This document shows, piece after piece, positions 27,462-38,175 of a DNA stretch of 64,000 nt; the stretch's first letter is position 1; each line of letters starts with the position of its first letter. The notes under the pieces are model-generated. The model searched no databases and had not been told where the DNA came from. It saw only the letters and a program-made list of their open reading frames with translations. The stretch lies in IMG/VR virus record IMGVR_UViG_3300032245_001228. The stretch is one strand, 5' to 3'. A program made the translations under genes and the position numbers. The stretch is from an uncultured virus (IMG/VR IMGVR_UViG_3300032245_001228) (lineage: Duplodnaviria; Heunggongvirae; Uroviricota; Caudoviricetes).

Positions 27462-30095
27462 ATGAACATGCCAGCATTTCAACCAGCAATCCGATTGCAA
27501 ACAATGCACAACGGACCATTGCGTAGTATTAATGATTATCAATTTGGCTTTTATGATGTAGGCTTTGCTCGGAAAGCTCTACAATATCTAGCTGATGTAG
27601 ACAATGTGGAAAACCCTACTTTCCGCATGGCTACTTTACCAATTCCAACTAACAAGATTGAAGCACAGATTGCAGAAGCTTACATTCGCAATCCTAATAT
27701 CTGTTATTCTGTAGTAGATAAGAATAAGATTGTTCTTGTTCACATCAATGGCAATAAAGGCTGGCTTGATGTTTATAATAAACTAGGATTTGAAGTCCGT
27801 AGTGGCGACAAAACTAACAAGCGACTAAAGACCTTTCACCGCGCAGCATTGCTTAATGCTCACTTCACTAAAGAAGAACTCAATGTCATGATCGTAGATT
27901 CTGACGAGTATTCTTCATGGTCATATGAAGATCCATCTGTAGTTGAATGGATTCGCAATGAATATCCTAACGTAGATGTTACAGATCCTAAAGTCATTGA
28001 GCGTTTGCTCGATGGCGGCTTTGTAATTTCTCGTCGTATCATTCAACGAGCTGTTGAAAATCTTCCTGTATATGAGCCACATAAAACTTTAGATACTAAA
28101 GAATATTATTATGACTGGCGTGTTCGTAAGAACTTTGTCAAAGATATGATGGAATGTTCTGTATTCAATGCTCGCATTGTATTCGAACTTGGCTTTCTCA
28201 AGGGCAACTGCATCGTATCTGACAATATGCCAGAAGGCGTAGATATTATTACTTCTCGTACAAATATTAAGAATGAAATTCTTTACCACAATGGATTTCA
28301 ATTCCTTGCAGAACCTGTTGGTTCCTATGAAGCAGTATTGACTGACGTTCAAACTGTAGTCAATCTGCCTAAGCTTTTCCCTAAAGCTGACCTAGAGTAT
28401 TGGCTTGATGAAGAGTACAAAAAGATCTTTGATCTTGCTACATCAGACAAACTCTTGACTAACTGGCGTGCAGTATATAAGCGTCAGTTCCGTAAGATCC
28501 ACGAAGCAGAAGATGAAGAAGCCTATGCCCGCATGAACTATGTGGGCTACCGTTGGCGTAAGCTTGGCATGAAGATTACTGATTCACCATGGTTGTTTGA
28601 AACCTTGGCAATCAGTCATGCCCGACCATTTGCTGACTCATCTAAGCCTCGTATCCCAATCCCATGTGCTATTAGCGAGCAGGTAATTCCTGAATCACTT
28701 GCTAAAATGGCTGGTTTCGACACTGAAGTCGATCAAGGTAAGATTCGTCGCATTGACGAAATCGGAGTTCACGTAGTGAGCGACCTTGATTGGCTGGAGA
28801 TGTATGAATCCCATGGCGGTCATGACGAGGACGACTACTTCAAGCTGTTCTATCGCACCATGCGTGGTGGCGAATATGACGGCAAGAAGGTAGTTATCAT
28901 CTGTCGTTCACCTAATGACCACGGCGAGTATTCAATCTTTGAATATACCGAAGGCGATTGGGCACCAACTTGGGTTACTTCTGACGGACTGCCACACCAG
29001 TTCCCAGAAATCAATGGACGCGACTGGCCAAAGCGTTTAAGTAAAGCTATCTTTGATGGCGATATTACTTACTCTGGCTTGCCATCTAGCTCCATGCCTA
29101 AGACCAAACGTGAACAGGCACCATACTCACCAGACGATGTCGTTCGCGACATGCATATTGCAATGGCTGGTGGTCAAATTGGTGGCTATGTTAATGCTTG
29201 TATGCTCCACTCATCAACCCTACACCGTCATCGTCCAGTTCAATTGTGCACTTTGGAGACAGCTCTTGACAAATGCATCAACCCAGACTCGATAGAAGAT
29301 GTGGTTGCAATTGACGAAGAGACTAAAAATATCATGCGTCAAGTTATTGACAGCAAGATTCCAATCGACCAGTTCATGTGGGAAACGCGTGGTTCAATGC
29401 GTTTGCTACAACCAAATGATGATCTCATCTTGAATGAAAATGGTCCATTGACTTATATGTCACAACTTTGTCACGATAAGTTTACTGAGCATTGTATGCG
29501 TGTCCGTCAATGGTCACAAGACAATGCTCGTCCATCAGATGAACGCGTATCTCAATTGGGCAATAGCCAAATGCAAATGTATTATCATGCACTTCCTATT
29601 GTTAATCAGTTCCGTTCAGGTATTTGGACAATTAACTCATCTGAAAGCACAGCTGAAAATGGTTCAATTGTTCGTAACTCGTGGGAGTATCTCTATGCTC
29701 GTCAGGTAGATATTATTAATTCTATTACTGTTGAGTCAGATCGTCACGACTTCGTACTTGCCCTCTATCAGGTATGCTTGACGGTTCCAACTAAAGCCGG
29801 AAAGATTACTGATCACTATATGATGAACTTCTTTGTTTATCCATATCTTGAAGCAGCTCTTCAGTATTATGGTATCGGTAACAATGTTAACTTTGTTATG
29901 AATTCTGATGGTGAAGTTAAGATTGTTGAAACCCGTGTTACAGAATGGAAGTTTACCGACCCAGATGGTAACACTACAATCTTTAATGATCCAATCAAAT
30001 TCCAAGAAGCTCAATCAGTCTATTCACAAATGACATTCAATCCAAACACTGTAGAAAACCTTCCACAGCGTGTCCGTTCCAAATCAAAGTTCTAA
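27462..30095 (+). CDS. Second two-barrel RNA polymerase-like protein, paralog of 13981..17349, variant acidic motif
   Basis: LLDGGFVIS, FNARI...GFLKGNCIV, GGHDEDD (DEDD at 28824-28835), VIICRSPN, IGGYVN, colinear with the paralog. Confidence 0.65.
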   Translation: MNMPAFQPAIRLQTMHNGPLRSINDYQFGFYDVGFARKALQYLADVDNVENPTFRMATLPIPTNKIEAQIAEAYIRNPNICYSVVDKNKIVLVHINGNKGWLDVYNKLGFEVRSGDKTNKRLKTFHRAALLNAHFTKEELNVMIVDSDEYSSWSYEDPSVVEWIRNEYPNVDVTDPKVIERLLDGGFVISRRIIQRAVENLPVYEPHKTLDTKEYYYDWRVRKNFVKDMMECSVFNARIVFELGFLKGNCIVSDNMPEGVDIITSRTNIKNEILYHNGFQFLAEPVGSYEAVLTDVQTVVNLPKLFPKADLEYWLDEEYKKIFDLATSDKLLTNWRAVYKRQFRKIHEAEDEEAYARMNYVGYRWRKLGMKITDSPWLFETLAISHARPFADSSKPRIPIPCAISEQVIPESLAKMAGFDTEVDQGKIRRIDEIGVHVVSDLDWLEMYESHGGHDEDDYFKLFYRTMRGGEYDGKKVVIICRSPNDHGEYSIFEYTEGDWAPTWVTSDGLPHQFPEINGRDWPKRLSKAIFDGDITYSGLPSSSMPKTKREQAPYSPDDVVRDMHIAMAGGQIGGYVNACMLHSSTLHRHRPVQLCTLETALDKCINPDSIEDVVAIDEETKNIMRQVIDSKIPIDQFMWETRGSMRLLQPNDDLILNENGPLTYMSQLCHDKFTEHCMRVRQWSQDNARPSDERVSQLGNSQMQMYYHALPIVNQFRSGIWTINSSESTAENGSIVRNSWEYLYARQVDIINSITVESDRHDFVLALYQVCLTVPTKAGKITDHYMMNFFVYPYLEAALQYYGIGNNVNFVMNSDGEVKIVETRVTEWKFTDPDGNTTIFNDPIKFQEAQSVYSQMTFNPNTVENLPQRVRSKSKF

Positions 30096-30104
30096 GGAGA
30101 TTTT

Positions 30105-30335
30105 ATGAAAATCGCATCTAAACTAGGAAAGTATACAGGTAAATTCTGTCGCTTTATGAAGCGAAAAGAAACACGCGCAGCGTGGCTAACCGCAGAATGG
30201 GCTGTAAGTACTTTAGCATTTAGTACAACGATATACGCATTGCTTGTAATTGGTGCTCCATTATCAGCATTGCTGTTTCTTGGAGTATATGCTTATGGTA
30301 CTTACGCTTTGTTTTCTATCATGACTGCTAATTAA
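30105..30335 (+). CDS. Small membrane protein
   Basis: AAGGAG RBS; two hydrophobic helices. Confidence 0.65.
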   Translation: MKIASKLGKYTGKFCRFMKRKETRAAWLTAEWAVSTLAFSTTIYALLVIGAPLSALLFLGVYAYGTYALFSIMTAN

Positions 30336-30349
30336 TATTAAGGATTAAT

Positions 30350-30991
30350 ATGTCTATAAACAACTTACCTATCGACTATAAGATATTAGAAAACTTTTGC
30401 AACGAACCAGAACAAGAAGTTCAAAATATCAAATCTTCATTTGACAAACATATCGAGTTAGCTGAAGGTACTACCTTTAGACCAAAGCTAATGTTGTTTG
30501 ATTATTTCAAGAATAAAAAATTTGGACTGTCCTCAAGGCAGTACGTAGATCTTACAGATTTATATGCAACAGTGTCTGAAATGATGTATTCATTTTCTGC
30601 ACTCTCAGCATATTCTTGCGTATTAGTTTTAGACACCAATCTAAACACTAGTGATGACTCACAACAAGGTGGACCAACTGGTGCACTCGTTGTGTACTTT
30701 GCTAGCGAAGATCATGCTGTAGTTATCAAACTATATTATTCTATTGATGAATCCAATGTTGTAACATGGTTTACTAATAAAGATTCATTTGATGAAATAA
30801 CTATTGAATCACTAGCAGATGAGTCTTATCGTAATAATAAGATTCTTGAATTATTATTCATTCATACACACATAGACTCACCTCCATATTCTAAACCAGA
30901 ATTATTATCATACTACTCGTTGAAAGGATATAACTTTAAACCATTTAGAGATTTAAAAACATCGTATATGGATTTTAGTTATAAAAATTAA
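30350..30991 (+). CDS. Hypothetical protein
   Basis: 213-aa ORF. Confidence 0.7.
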   Translation: MSINNLPIDYKILENFCNEPEQEVQNIKSSFDKHIELAEGTTFRPKLMLFDYFKNKKFGLSSRQYVDLTDLYATVSEMMYSFSALSAYSCVLVLDTNLNTSDDSQQGGPTGALVVYFASEDHAVVIKLYYSIDESNVVTWFTNKDSFDEITIESLADESYRNNKILELLFIHTHIDSPPYSKPELLSYYSLKGYNFKPFRDLKTSYMDFSYKN

Positions 30992-31157
30992 TATGAAGAC
31001 TAAACAAAAAAAACAATCTAATAACGATCCAATCAAGTTCTGCACAGTTGCTGAAAACTCTATTTTAGTTTATACTATTGTAGAGGATAAGGAAACAAAA
31101 GAAGTTGATGATCTTATGGCAAACACTAAATCATTCTACTGGTCGGAGTAATACTTT

Positions 31158-32846
31158 ATGACAATTACCTTGCGTCCTTATCAAAAAGAAGCTCTTGAAT
31201 CTATTCAGACTCATATCGATAAAGGCATAACTAAACAACTAGTTGTATTGCCTACCGGTGCAGGTAAGACCGTTATATTCAGTAACATTCCTCAGACCAT
31301 TAAAGATAGTTTACCAATGCTAGTATTAGCTCATCGTGGTGAACTATTAACTCAGGCTAAAGATAAGATACTTTGGTCTAATCCTGAGTTGGATGTACAG
31401 ATTGAAAAAGCAGAAGATACCGCTGACCTGTGTGATGTGGTCGTAGCTTCTGTACCCACCTTGGGTAGATCCGATTCTGAAAGAATCAAAAAATATCCAA
31501 AGGATTATTTTAAAACTATCATCATAGATGAAGCACATCACGCTGCTGCCGAAACTTATCGTAGGATAGTTGATTACTTTAATCCTAACTTCCTACTAGG
31601 TGTTACAGCAACTCCTCAGAGATCTGACTCTGTTAGATTAACTGATGTATTTGATGAAATCACCTACTATAAAACTATTCAAGACTTGATCCAAGAAGGA
31701 TACTTGTGTAGACTTGTTGGTTACAGAATAAAGACTGAAACAGATATATCAGAAGTGGAGACTTCACATGGCGATTACATGGCTTCGCAATTGGAAGACG
31801 CTATCAATAACCCTAGTCGCAACGCTCTTGTTGTTAAGTCTTATCTCGAGTTTGCGCAGAACAAAAAAGCAGTCGTATTCGCATCAGGAGTTAAGCATGC
31901 CAGGGACCTGGCCGCATCCTTTGCGCAAAAGCAAATACCTGTACGAATAGTACTTGGCGATACTCCAGATGATGAACGAAAGCAAATACTTGCTGACTTT
32001 GCATCTGGTACTATCAAGATAATAGTTAACGTTGGCGTACTAACAGAAGGCTTCGATGAACCTTCTATCGGTGCAATCATACTTGCCCGACCAACACGTT
32101 CTTCCCTTTTATACACACAAATTGTGGGTCGTGGTACTAGACTTTATGAAGGCAAGGAACACTGCATTATCATAGATATCGCAGATACCACTAGAGGAAA
32201 GAAACCTTTAGGTTTACCAACTCTATTGGGAATGCCCCCAGAATTTGATTTAAAGGGCCAAGATCTAGTAGATGTAGCTGAAAAGTACAAGCAACTTGAA
32301 GACTACTGTCCCGGAGAAGCTGTTCGTGTTATCTCTCCAGATGATATAGAACTAGCTTATAAGCGTATAGATCTGTTCATGCCACCACCACCAAACGAAA
32401 TTGTTCAAACTTATTCTCGTTTTGTGTGGGCCGAAGTTGCTGAAAATGATTTTCATTTGGGTATAAATAATAACGAATCTATTCGTATCCACATTGATCC
32501 TCTTGGTCGATGGACCACAACTCTTAAACAAAGAATTAAAGATGGATCTATTGATACTATCCTTGGTCATCCAGAAGATATGCGAGAAGCATTTGTTCGC
32601 ACTGACCGATGGATTACAAACAATAGATCTTACACTTTAAATCTTATTGATAACACCGCAGCTTGGAGAACTGATGCTCCAACAGACAAACAGCAAAAGA
32701 TGCTCAAGCGTATGGGTGTTCCAATTACTGCTGATATGACTAAAGGAACTGCTAGTCAGATCATATCTAAATATTATGAAGCTAATCCTAAACCTAAATG
32801 GCTTCAAAATAAAATTGATTACAATAAACAATCTAAATGGAATTAA
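31158..32846 (+). CDS. Superfamily 2 DEAH helicase
   Basis: LRPYQ, PTGAGKT, DEAHH, TATP, LTEGFD, QIVGRGTR. Confidence 0.93.
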   Translation: MTITLRPYQKEALESIQTHIDKGITKQLVVLPTGAGKTVIFSNIPQTIKDSLPMLVLAHRGELLTQAKDKILWSNPELDVQIEKAEDTADLCDVVVASVPTLGRSDSERIKKYPKDYFKTIIIDEAHHAAAETYRRIVDYFNPNFLLGVTATPQRSDSVRLTDVFDEITYYKTIQDLIQEGYLCRLVGYRIKTETDISEVETSHGDYMASQLEDAINNPSRNALVVKSYLEFAQNKKAVVFASGVKHARDLAASFAQKQIPVRIVLGDTPDDERKQILADFASGTIKIIVNVGVLTEGFDEPSIGAIILARPTRSSLLYTQIVGRGTRLYEGKEHCIIIDIADTTRGKKPLGLPTLLGMPPEFDLKGQDLVDVAEKYKQLEDYCPGEAVRVISPDDIELAYKRIDLFMPPPPNEIVQTYSRFVWAEVAENDFHLGINNNESIRIHIDPLGRWTTTLKQRIKDGSIDTILGHPEDMREAFVRTDRWITNNRSYTLNLIDNTAAWRTDAPTDKQQKMLKRMGVPITADMTKGTASQIISKYYEANPKPKWLQNKIDYNKQSKWN

Positions 32847-32864
32847 TCCTGTATACTGTTTATC

Positions 32865-33326
32865 ATGACTAGATTTAAAATTAAACATCCAGAAGTAACT
32901 CCTGAGTTATATATTTTAAATTCTAAAGATAAACGTTCTGAGTATACTAAAGGACTATTTATATCTGATGATTTTCAATCAACAATCAAAGTTCTCTATG
33001 GTCATCCTGATGATGCATTAGATGAATACTTTGATAAGTCAGCTAGAATAGAAAAGATTTTACTACATAAAAATTATCACATGTATGCAGACTCATTATC
33101 TGTATTAGATGAATCATCTATAAATATTATTGCTACAAGATTGTACCGATATTGTTGCTTAACTAATTTAGGTAGGTTATCTAAAGAAGTTATTCATGGT
33201 CCAGTACTCATATATGGTTCTGCACCTATAACTCAAAAAAAATTATCTCACGAAAATTATTCAGCTCCATATGAAGTAATAGAACAAGTTTATCGATTAC
33301 ATGAAAATTATTGTTATGAGTTTTAA
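32865..33326 (+). CDS. Hypothetical protein
   Basis: TATACT just upstream of ATG (leaderless-type). Confidence 0.65.
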   Translation: MTRFKIKHPEVTPELYILNSKDKRSEYTKGLFISDDFQSTIKVLYGHPDDALDEYFDKSARIEKILLHKNYHMYADSLSVLDESSINIIATRLYRYCCLTNLGRLSKEVIHGPVLIYGSAPITQKKLSHENYSAPYEVIEQVYRLHENYCYEF

Positions 33327-33383
33327 ATTAAAACAAAACTTCGGGGAGAAGTAAACAACCCAATAATAAACAAGGAAACAATT

Positions 33384-33608
33384 ATGTTTAGTATAATGAT
33401 AAATCAAACACCAGAAGATATTAATAAAGTTAGATCAGCTTTAGAATATCTTAACAACTATGACAATAGAAAAGCTAATGTAGAACAACTACAATTAGAG
33501 CCGTTGTCTGATGTTATTGTGTGGTTGCAAAACATGTTGGATACTCTTACTGATCCTAGTATTGGATTAGAGTTGTATGATCCAACAGAATTATTAACTG
33601 AAGCATAA
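33384..33608 (+). CDS. Hypothetical protein
   Basis: AAGGA RBS. Confidence 0.6.
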   Translation: MFSIMINQTPEDINKVRSALEYLNNYDNRKANVEQLQLEPLSDVIVWLQNMLDTLTDPSIGLELYDPTELLTEA

Positions 33609-33615
33609 GTTATTT

Positions 33616-33701
33616 GCCCAGGTGGCGGAATAGGTAGACGCAAGGGGCTTAAACCCCCTCGGCTAGAAATGGCCGTACGGGTTCGATTCCCGTCTTGGGC
33701 A
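33616..33701 (+). tRNA. tRNA-Leu(UAA)
   Basis: Cloverleaf with long variable arm; loop ct-TAA-ac. Confidence 0.93.
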
Positions 33702-33727
33702 CAACTTATCTTAACAAAGGATCTACA

Positions 33728-35170
33728 ATGCGGATTAAAGATCGTTATCTTACAATACTTATAATTATATCATTCGTGATAGCAATTGTTGTTAATTCAA
33801 AAGTCAGTTTTGTGCAGGCTTTAGATGTACAGCCGGCAACAACAACAGTTAAGTTCTACCGAAAATTAACTAATTATAACGTTCCTCAACTATCATCTGC
33901 TATCCCAAGAGTGGGCGCAGATGTAGCTTACAATAATAACTTTAGGGGACAGGATACTCACATAGTTGTTATTGATACTGGCATCGAAGCTGCACATCAA
34001 TTCTTTGGTGGCAGAGTAGCACTTGAAGCTTGCTTTACTAATCGATGCCCTAATGGTCAAACATCTATGGTTGGCCCTGGTGCAGCAGCTCCAGTCCACT
34101 GGCATGGTACCCACACTGCAGGTATTGCAGCTGGGTTTAACTCATCTATTCGTGGTGTAGCACCAAGTGCAAAGATCATTGCTGTCAATGTATTTGCATT
34201 AGATGGTTCTGCATCAGATGCCGATTTAATTCGCGCATTACAATGGGTTGATTCGATATCTGGTCAATATAATATTGCAGCTATTAACATGTCTCTAGGT
34301 ACACCTGGAACATTTAGATCTTCATGCAATTCTTATTTGCCAGATCTTACTGCAATCATTGCTACATTAAAGTCTAAAAATATTGCTACTGTAGTATCTG
34401 CTGGAAACGAAAGCCAACTTGGAATGAGTTCTCCAGCTTGTATTACAGATACCGTCAGCGTTGCTGCAACATATGTCATAGCAAGCGGTGCCGACAGAGT
34501 AACTAGTTTTAGTAACGTTTCAGAATTAACTGACTTGTCAGCTCCTGGATACAATATTGTATCTTCCAAACTTATGGGTAGCTATGGAGCATCATCTGGA
34601 ACATCGATGTCAGCACCAATGGTTGCTGGTGCTTTTGCAGTATATCGTTCTAAGTTTGGCGTTCAACCAGTTGATAAGATCGTATCTGATTTTAGATCAA
34701 CTGCAGTTGACGCACTAGACGATTATACTAGAATCGTCACTAAGCGAATAGATCTTAGATCTTTGTTTTCAACTGGTGGAACAACACCATCGCCCACTAC
34801 AACTATACCCGTTACCACTACCACATCTCCATCTCCAACAACTACAACAACAGTTCCCGGAGAAGACGATGAATCTGATACATCAATAAATATTCCATAT
34901 ATTTCTCAGATTAATAAATGGAATAGTAGACCAAATTACATTTATTTAGATTTTACTTACCGATACACTGATATTAAGATATCTCACTTTAATTTAAGAT
35001 GCAGATATACTGATGGATCTATTGTCGATAAGAAAATAAATAATAGGAATAGACCACATAATACATTTATCGTTTCTATATCTTCTGTAAATATTAGATC
35101 ATGTAGGATGTCTGCTGTTGCAATTGACTCTACTATAGGCCAGTGGTCGCCTTTTGTTAGGGTCAAGTAA
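33728..35170 (+). CDS. Secreted or anchored subtilisin-like S8 serine protease
   Basis: VIDTG, HGTHTAG, SAGN, GTSMSAP; N-terminal TM; Thr/Pro linker. Confidence 0.93.
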   Translation: MRIKDRYLTILIIISFVIAIVVNSKVSFVQALDVQPATTTVKFYRKLTNYNVPQLSSAIPRVGADVAYNNNFRGQDTHIVVIDTGIEAAHQFFGGRVALEACFTNRCPNGQTSMVGPGAAAPVHWHGTHTAGIAAGFNSSIRGVAPSAKIIAVNVFALDGSASDADLIRALQWVDSISGQYNIAAINMSLGTPGTFRSSCNSYLPDLTAIIATLKSKNIATVVSAGNESQLGMSSPACITDTVSVAATYVIASGADRVTSFSNVSELTDLSAPGYNIVSSKLMGSYGASSGTSMSAPMVAGAFAVYRSKFGVQPVDKIVSDFRSTAVDALDDYTRIVTKRIDLRSLFSTGGTTPSPTTTIPVTTTTSPSPTTTTTVPGEDDESDTSINIPYISQINKWNSRPNYIYLDFTYRYTDIKISHFNLRCRYTDGSIVDKKINNRNRPHNTFIVSISSVNIRSCRMSAVAIDSTIGQWSPFVRVK

Positions 35171-35306
35171 AGGAGCAGTAATGTTTATATTACCTATATT
35201 TGGAGCAATAGTATTAATTGTTGCTTTAATTATGATTAACGATTTACAATAAAAAAATATACATATACAAAAAAAAGACAATTCTTATAACAAAAGGAAA
35301 ATCAAT

Positions 35307-35549
35307 ATGTCTTCAAAGCAGAAAATTACATCTAAAATTAATTCAACAAAGAATGCATTGGCAACAATCATCTTTGACCGTCGGACTAAACTTGAATACA
35401 CACAACAGCAACTCGCTGATATCTGTGGCGTAGATCGTAAGACAATTAATCGTATTGAGAATGGACATTTCTCTCCAAACCTTGATACACTAGTACGTAT
35501 CTTTGATGCACTCAGCATTAAATCACAATCAGTATTTCAAGCTAAATAA
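35307..35549 (+). CDS. XRE-family HTH regulator
   Basis: TQQQLADICGVDRKTINRIENG..SPNL. Confidence 0.9.
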   Translation: MSSKQKITSKINSTKNALATIIFDRRTKLEYTQQQLADICGVDRKTINRIENGHFSPNLDTLVRIFDALSIKSQSVFQAK

Positions 35550-35558
35550 GGAACAATC

Positions 35559-35936
35559 ATGAAGAAGGTTATTCTTACTGCTCTAGCAGTATTATCACTT
35601 ACTGCTTGCGGTAAGGAAACCATAAGAGAAGTACTTGTTACTACTCCTCCAACTGAAGCACCAGCTGCTCCAGAAGTTAATAAGTATGATGCATATTTAA
35701 ATTCATTATACGATAACTCTGCTCAAGCACGCACTTGGACTGAAGACCAACTTTTAAAGTTTGGCACTTTAGTCTGTGATGCATTTGGTTCTGGCAATAC
35801 TTTAGCTAGAGTTATTGATGTATTACAACCATATTCAAATGGATCATATGATGATGAATTGTTTGCAGCAATTATTGCTGGATCAGTAACTCATCTTTGT
35901 CCTGAATATACTTCTATGATTCAAGCTCAACTCTAA
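35559..35936 (+). CDS. Lipoprotein, DUF732-like
   Basis: Lipobox LTAC; G.LVC...LCPEY. Confidence 0.65.
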   Translation: MKKVILTALAVLSLTACGKETIREVLVTTPPTEAPAAPEVNKYDAYLNSLYDNSAQARTWTEDQLLKFGTLVCDAFGSGNTLARVIDVLQPYSNGSYDDELFAAIIAGSVTHLCPEYTSMIQAQL

Positions 35937-36106
35937 TGAATTGGTTTGATTGGCTTAGATTAGCATTGGGTATCCCAGCAGGATTAGCTGCTGTTGGATT
36001 ATTTGCAGTTCTAATTGCCGACATTAAAAAAAACAAATAAATATTAATAGGGGATCCGTTAGCGTATAGCTCGGCTTAAACGACACTGTGGTGTGCCCTA
36101 TTATAA

Positions 36107-36182
36107 TGGCGAGTAGCTCAGTTGGCAGAGCAAGGGACTGTTAATCCCTGGGTCGTAGGTTCGAGCCCTACCTCGCCAGCCA
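36107..36182 (+). tRNA. tRNA-Asn(GUU)
   Basis: Cloverleaf; loop ct-GTT-aa; encoded CCA. Confidence 0.93.
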
Positions 36183-36337
36183 TGACAAAACAAATAACAG
36201 ATATCATCGATAATGCAATTAAACAAATATCAGGAAGACAATTAGTTTCATCTGCTGAGATGACAGATTTATTACTAGACATTAGACTTCATTTAATGAT
36301 TAATGAAGAGCTTGCTAAAAGTGAGACTATTTAATTT

Positions 36338-36410
36338 GCGCTTTTAGCTCAGTCGGTAGAGCACCGGACTTTTAATCCGTTGGTCCTGGGTTCGAGCCCC
36401 AGAGAGCGCA
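36338..36410 (+). tRNA. tRNA-Lys(UUU)
   Basis: Cloverleaf; loop ct-TTT-aa. Confidence 0.93.
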
Positions 36411-36484
36411 CTAGTGTTAGGAATAAAAACATACTGTGATATGTATTTCTAGCACAATATTTCATTACACATCAGGAGACAATC

Positions 36485-36832
36485 ATGGCAATTAGACCAG
36501 TAAAAGACACACGCAGTCCAGAAGAGATTGCTATTCAATCAGCAATTACTTCACATTATAACATTTTAGTACCAGGATACAAAGCACAAAATATCCGAAT
36601 TAAAAATCCTTTGACAGGCAAGGATCCATTGTTTAATGTAATGGAGCCTGCTTTTTATAACTTGTTTTATGATCTTGCTCAACTTGGTTTGAAAGATAAA
36701 ATGATGCGTGAAATTGAAACATTTGCATCAACTATTAATCCTGATTGGCAAAAGGTTTACGCAATGCTAGAACGTTACTTCAAGAACATGGAAGAAGCTA
36801 ATGAATCATCTGGCAACTCTAGTCAAGCGTAA
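36485..36832 (+). CDS. Hypothetical protein
   Basis: AGGAG RBS. Confidence 0.65.
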   Translation: MAIRPVKDTRSPEEIAIQSAITSHYNILVPGYKAQNIRIKNPLTGKDPLFNVMEPAFYNLFYDLAQLGLKDKMMREIETFASTINPDWQKVYAMLERYFKNMEEANESSGNSSQA

Positions 36833-36971
36833 TATAGAATTAGCTAGAATTCGTCAAGCTGAAGCTAAAGAATTTGATGTAGCTACCTCTCGTTATTGGG
36901 AAGGATACATAAATGCTTTAGAATCTATAGTACATGTATTACCTCAGGAGGAACAAATTCATGGATACTAA
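36801..36971 (+). CDS. Small hypothetical protein (56 aa) with YWEGY motif
   Basis: Hand translated; motif shared with 37542..38078. Confidence 0.5.
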   Translation: MNHLATLVKRNIELARIRQAEAKEFDVATSRYWEGYINALESIVHVLPQEEQIHGY

Positions 36972-37305
36972 ACAAATTAAATATGGTAGCTCAACGTTGC
37001 TTATATTAAACTACCTTGGTATGCGCAAACGCATTGGTAAAGAATGGTCAAGTGATTTAGAGATAGCTTCATTCTTTCCACACAAATTTCAGAAAAGAAG
37101 TAAACAGGCTGCTGATGCCAGACAAGCTTTAGTTAATTTACTAAAAGCTAAATATGTTAAACGAAAAGTAGTTAAAGGTGTTGACTATTATACGATAACA
37201 GAACTAGGTAAGACTATACCTTATGTTGTTGCTCATCGTTTAGCCAACAGCCCAACTTATCAGTTTAGAACTAAACACCCAGAAATAGAATTTGATTTAG
37301 ATTAA
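36961..37305 (+). CDS. Winged-helix DNA-binding protein
   Basis: GGAGG RBS; LLKAKYVKR....YYTITELGK. Confidence 0.65.
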   Translation: MDTKQIKYGSSTLLILNYLGMRKRIGKEWSSDLEIASFFPHKFQKRSKQAADARQALVNLLKAKYVKRKVVKGVDYYTITELGKTIPYVVAHRLANSPTYQFRTKHPEIEFDLD

Positions 37306-37541
37306 TTAAATCTGCGTGGTTCTTTAATTGCGTCCCAATACATCTGTCCTACACGATTTTCGTAGCTTCTAGGTGTATTGTCGTATTCGTAGTTATTTAC
37401 TGCTTTCATAGTAAATTTATGAAATGTAAATGCTATTGCTGTTAAAATTATTAGTGTGATTATCATGCTTGTATAGTATCATCACTATCACATAAAATGC
37501 TACTTAATTGACAAGTATCTCTAAAATAGATAGGTCTTATC

Positions 37542-38078
37542 ATGTATGAAGAAGTCATTACTTGTGAATACTCTGAGTGTGATGTTTATCTTTTAAAGCC
37601 CGGAAAAACTCAATGCTCATTTGAAGGTACTAATAAATGTAGAGCAGGAGTAGAATACAAAGAAAAGACTATGGATAAATCTAAGATTGCTAAGATGGAT
37701 ATGGAAACATTCCGTCAGATGAAAGAATTAGAACAACGCATTGAGTACTGGGTGACTCAAGCTGACAACTGGAGAGAAACAGCTGTTGCACTTGCTACAA
37801 CATTAGGTAATCCCGAAATTGCTGCAGAAACTTATGAAGACATTAGAGATGGACTTTATGATATAGTTCGTGAGAGAATGATTCCTAATACTAATACTCA
37901 AAAATCTTTTGATGGATTACATGATTACGCAATTTTATTATCCACAAAAGCAGGCGAAGCTCAAGAGCTTAGAGTAGCAGCAGAAGATGCCAGTGATGCT
38001 GAAAATACTTATTATTGGGAAGGATATGAAGCAGCATTAGACTTTGCTATAGATTCATTACCAAATTATAACAACTAA
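37542..38078 (+). CDS. Hypothetical protein
   Basis: 178-aa ORF. Confidence 0.6.
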   Translation: MYEEVITCEYSECDVYLLKPGKTQCSFEGTNKCRAGVEYKEKTMDKSKIAKMDMETFRQMKELEQRIEYWVTQADNWRETAVALATTLGNPEIAAETYEDIRDGLYDIVRERMIPNTNTQKSFDGLHDYAILLSTKAGEAQELRVAAEDASDAENTYYWEGYEAALDFAIDSLPNYNN

Positions 38079-38084
38079 TTATGA

Positions 38085-38157
<73 letters not shown>

Positions 38158-38175
38158 CTAAAAGGAGATAATAAT

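Noticed and set aside
36122..36181. ORF-track starts inside tRNA genes (36122, also 33695)
   Set aside because: They overlap tRNA-Asn and tRNA-Leu; downstream ATGs at 36182 and 33728 are preferred
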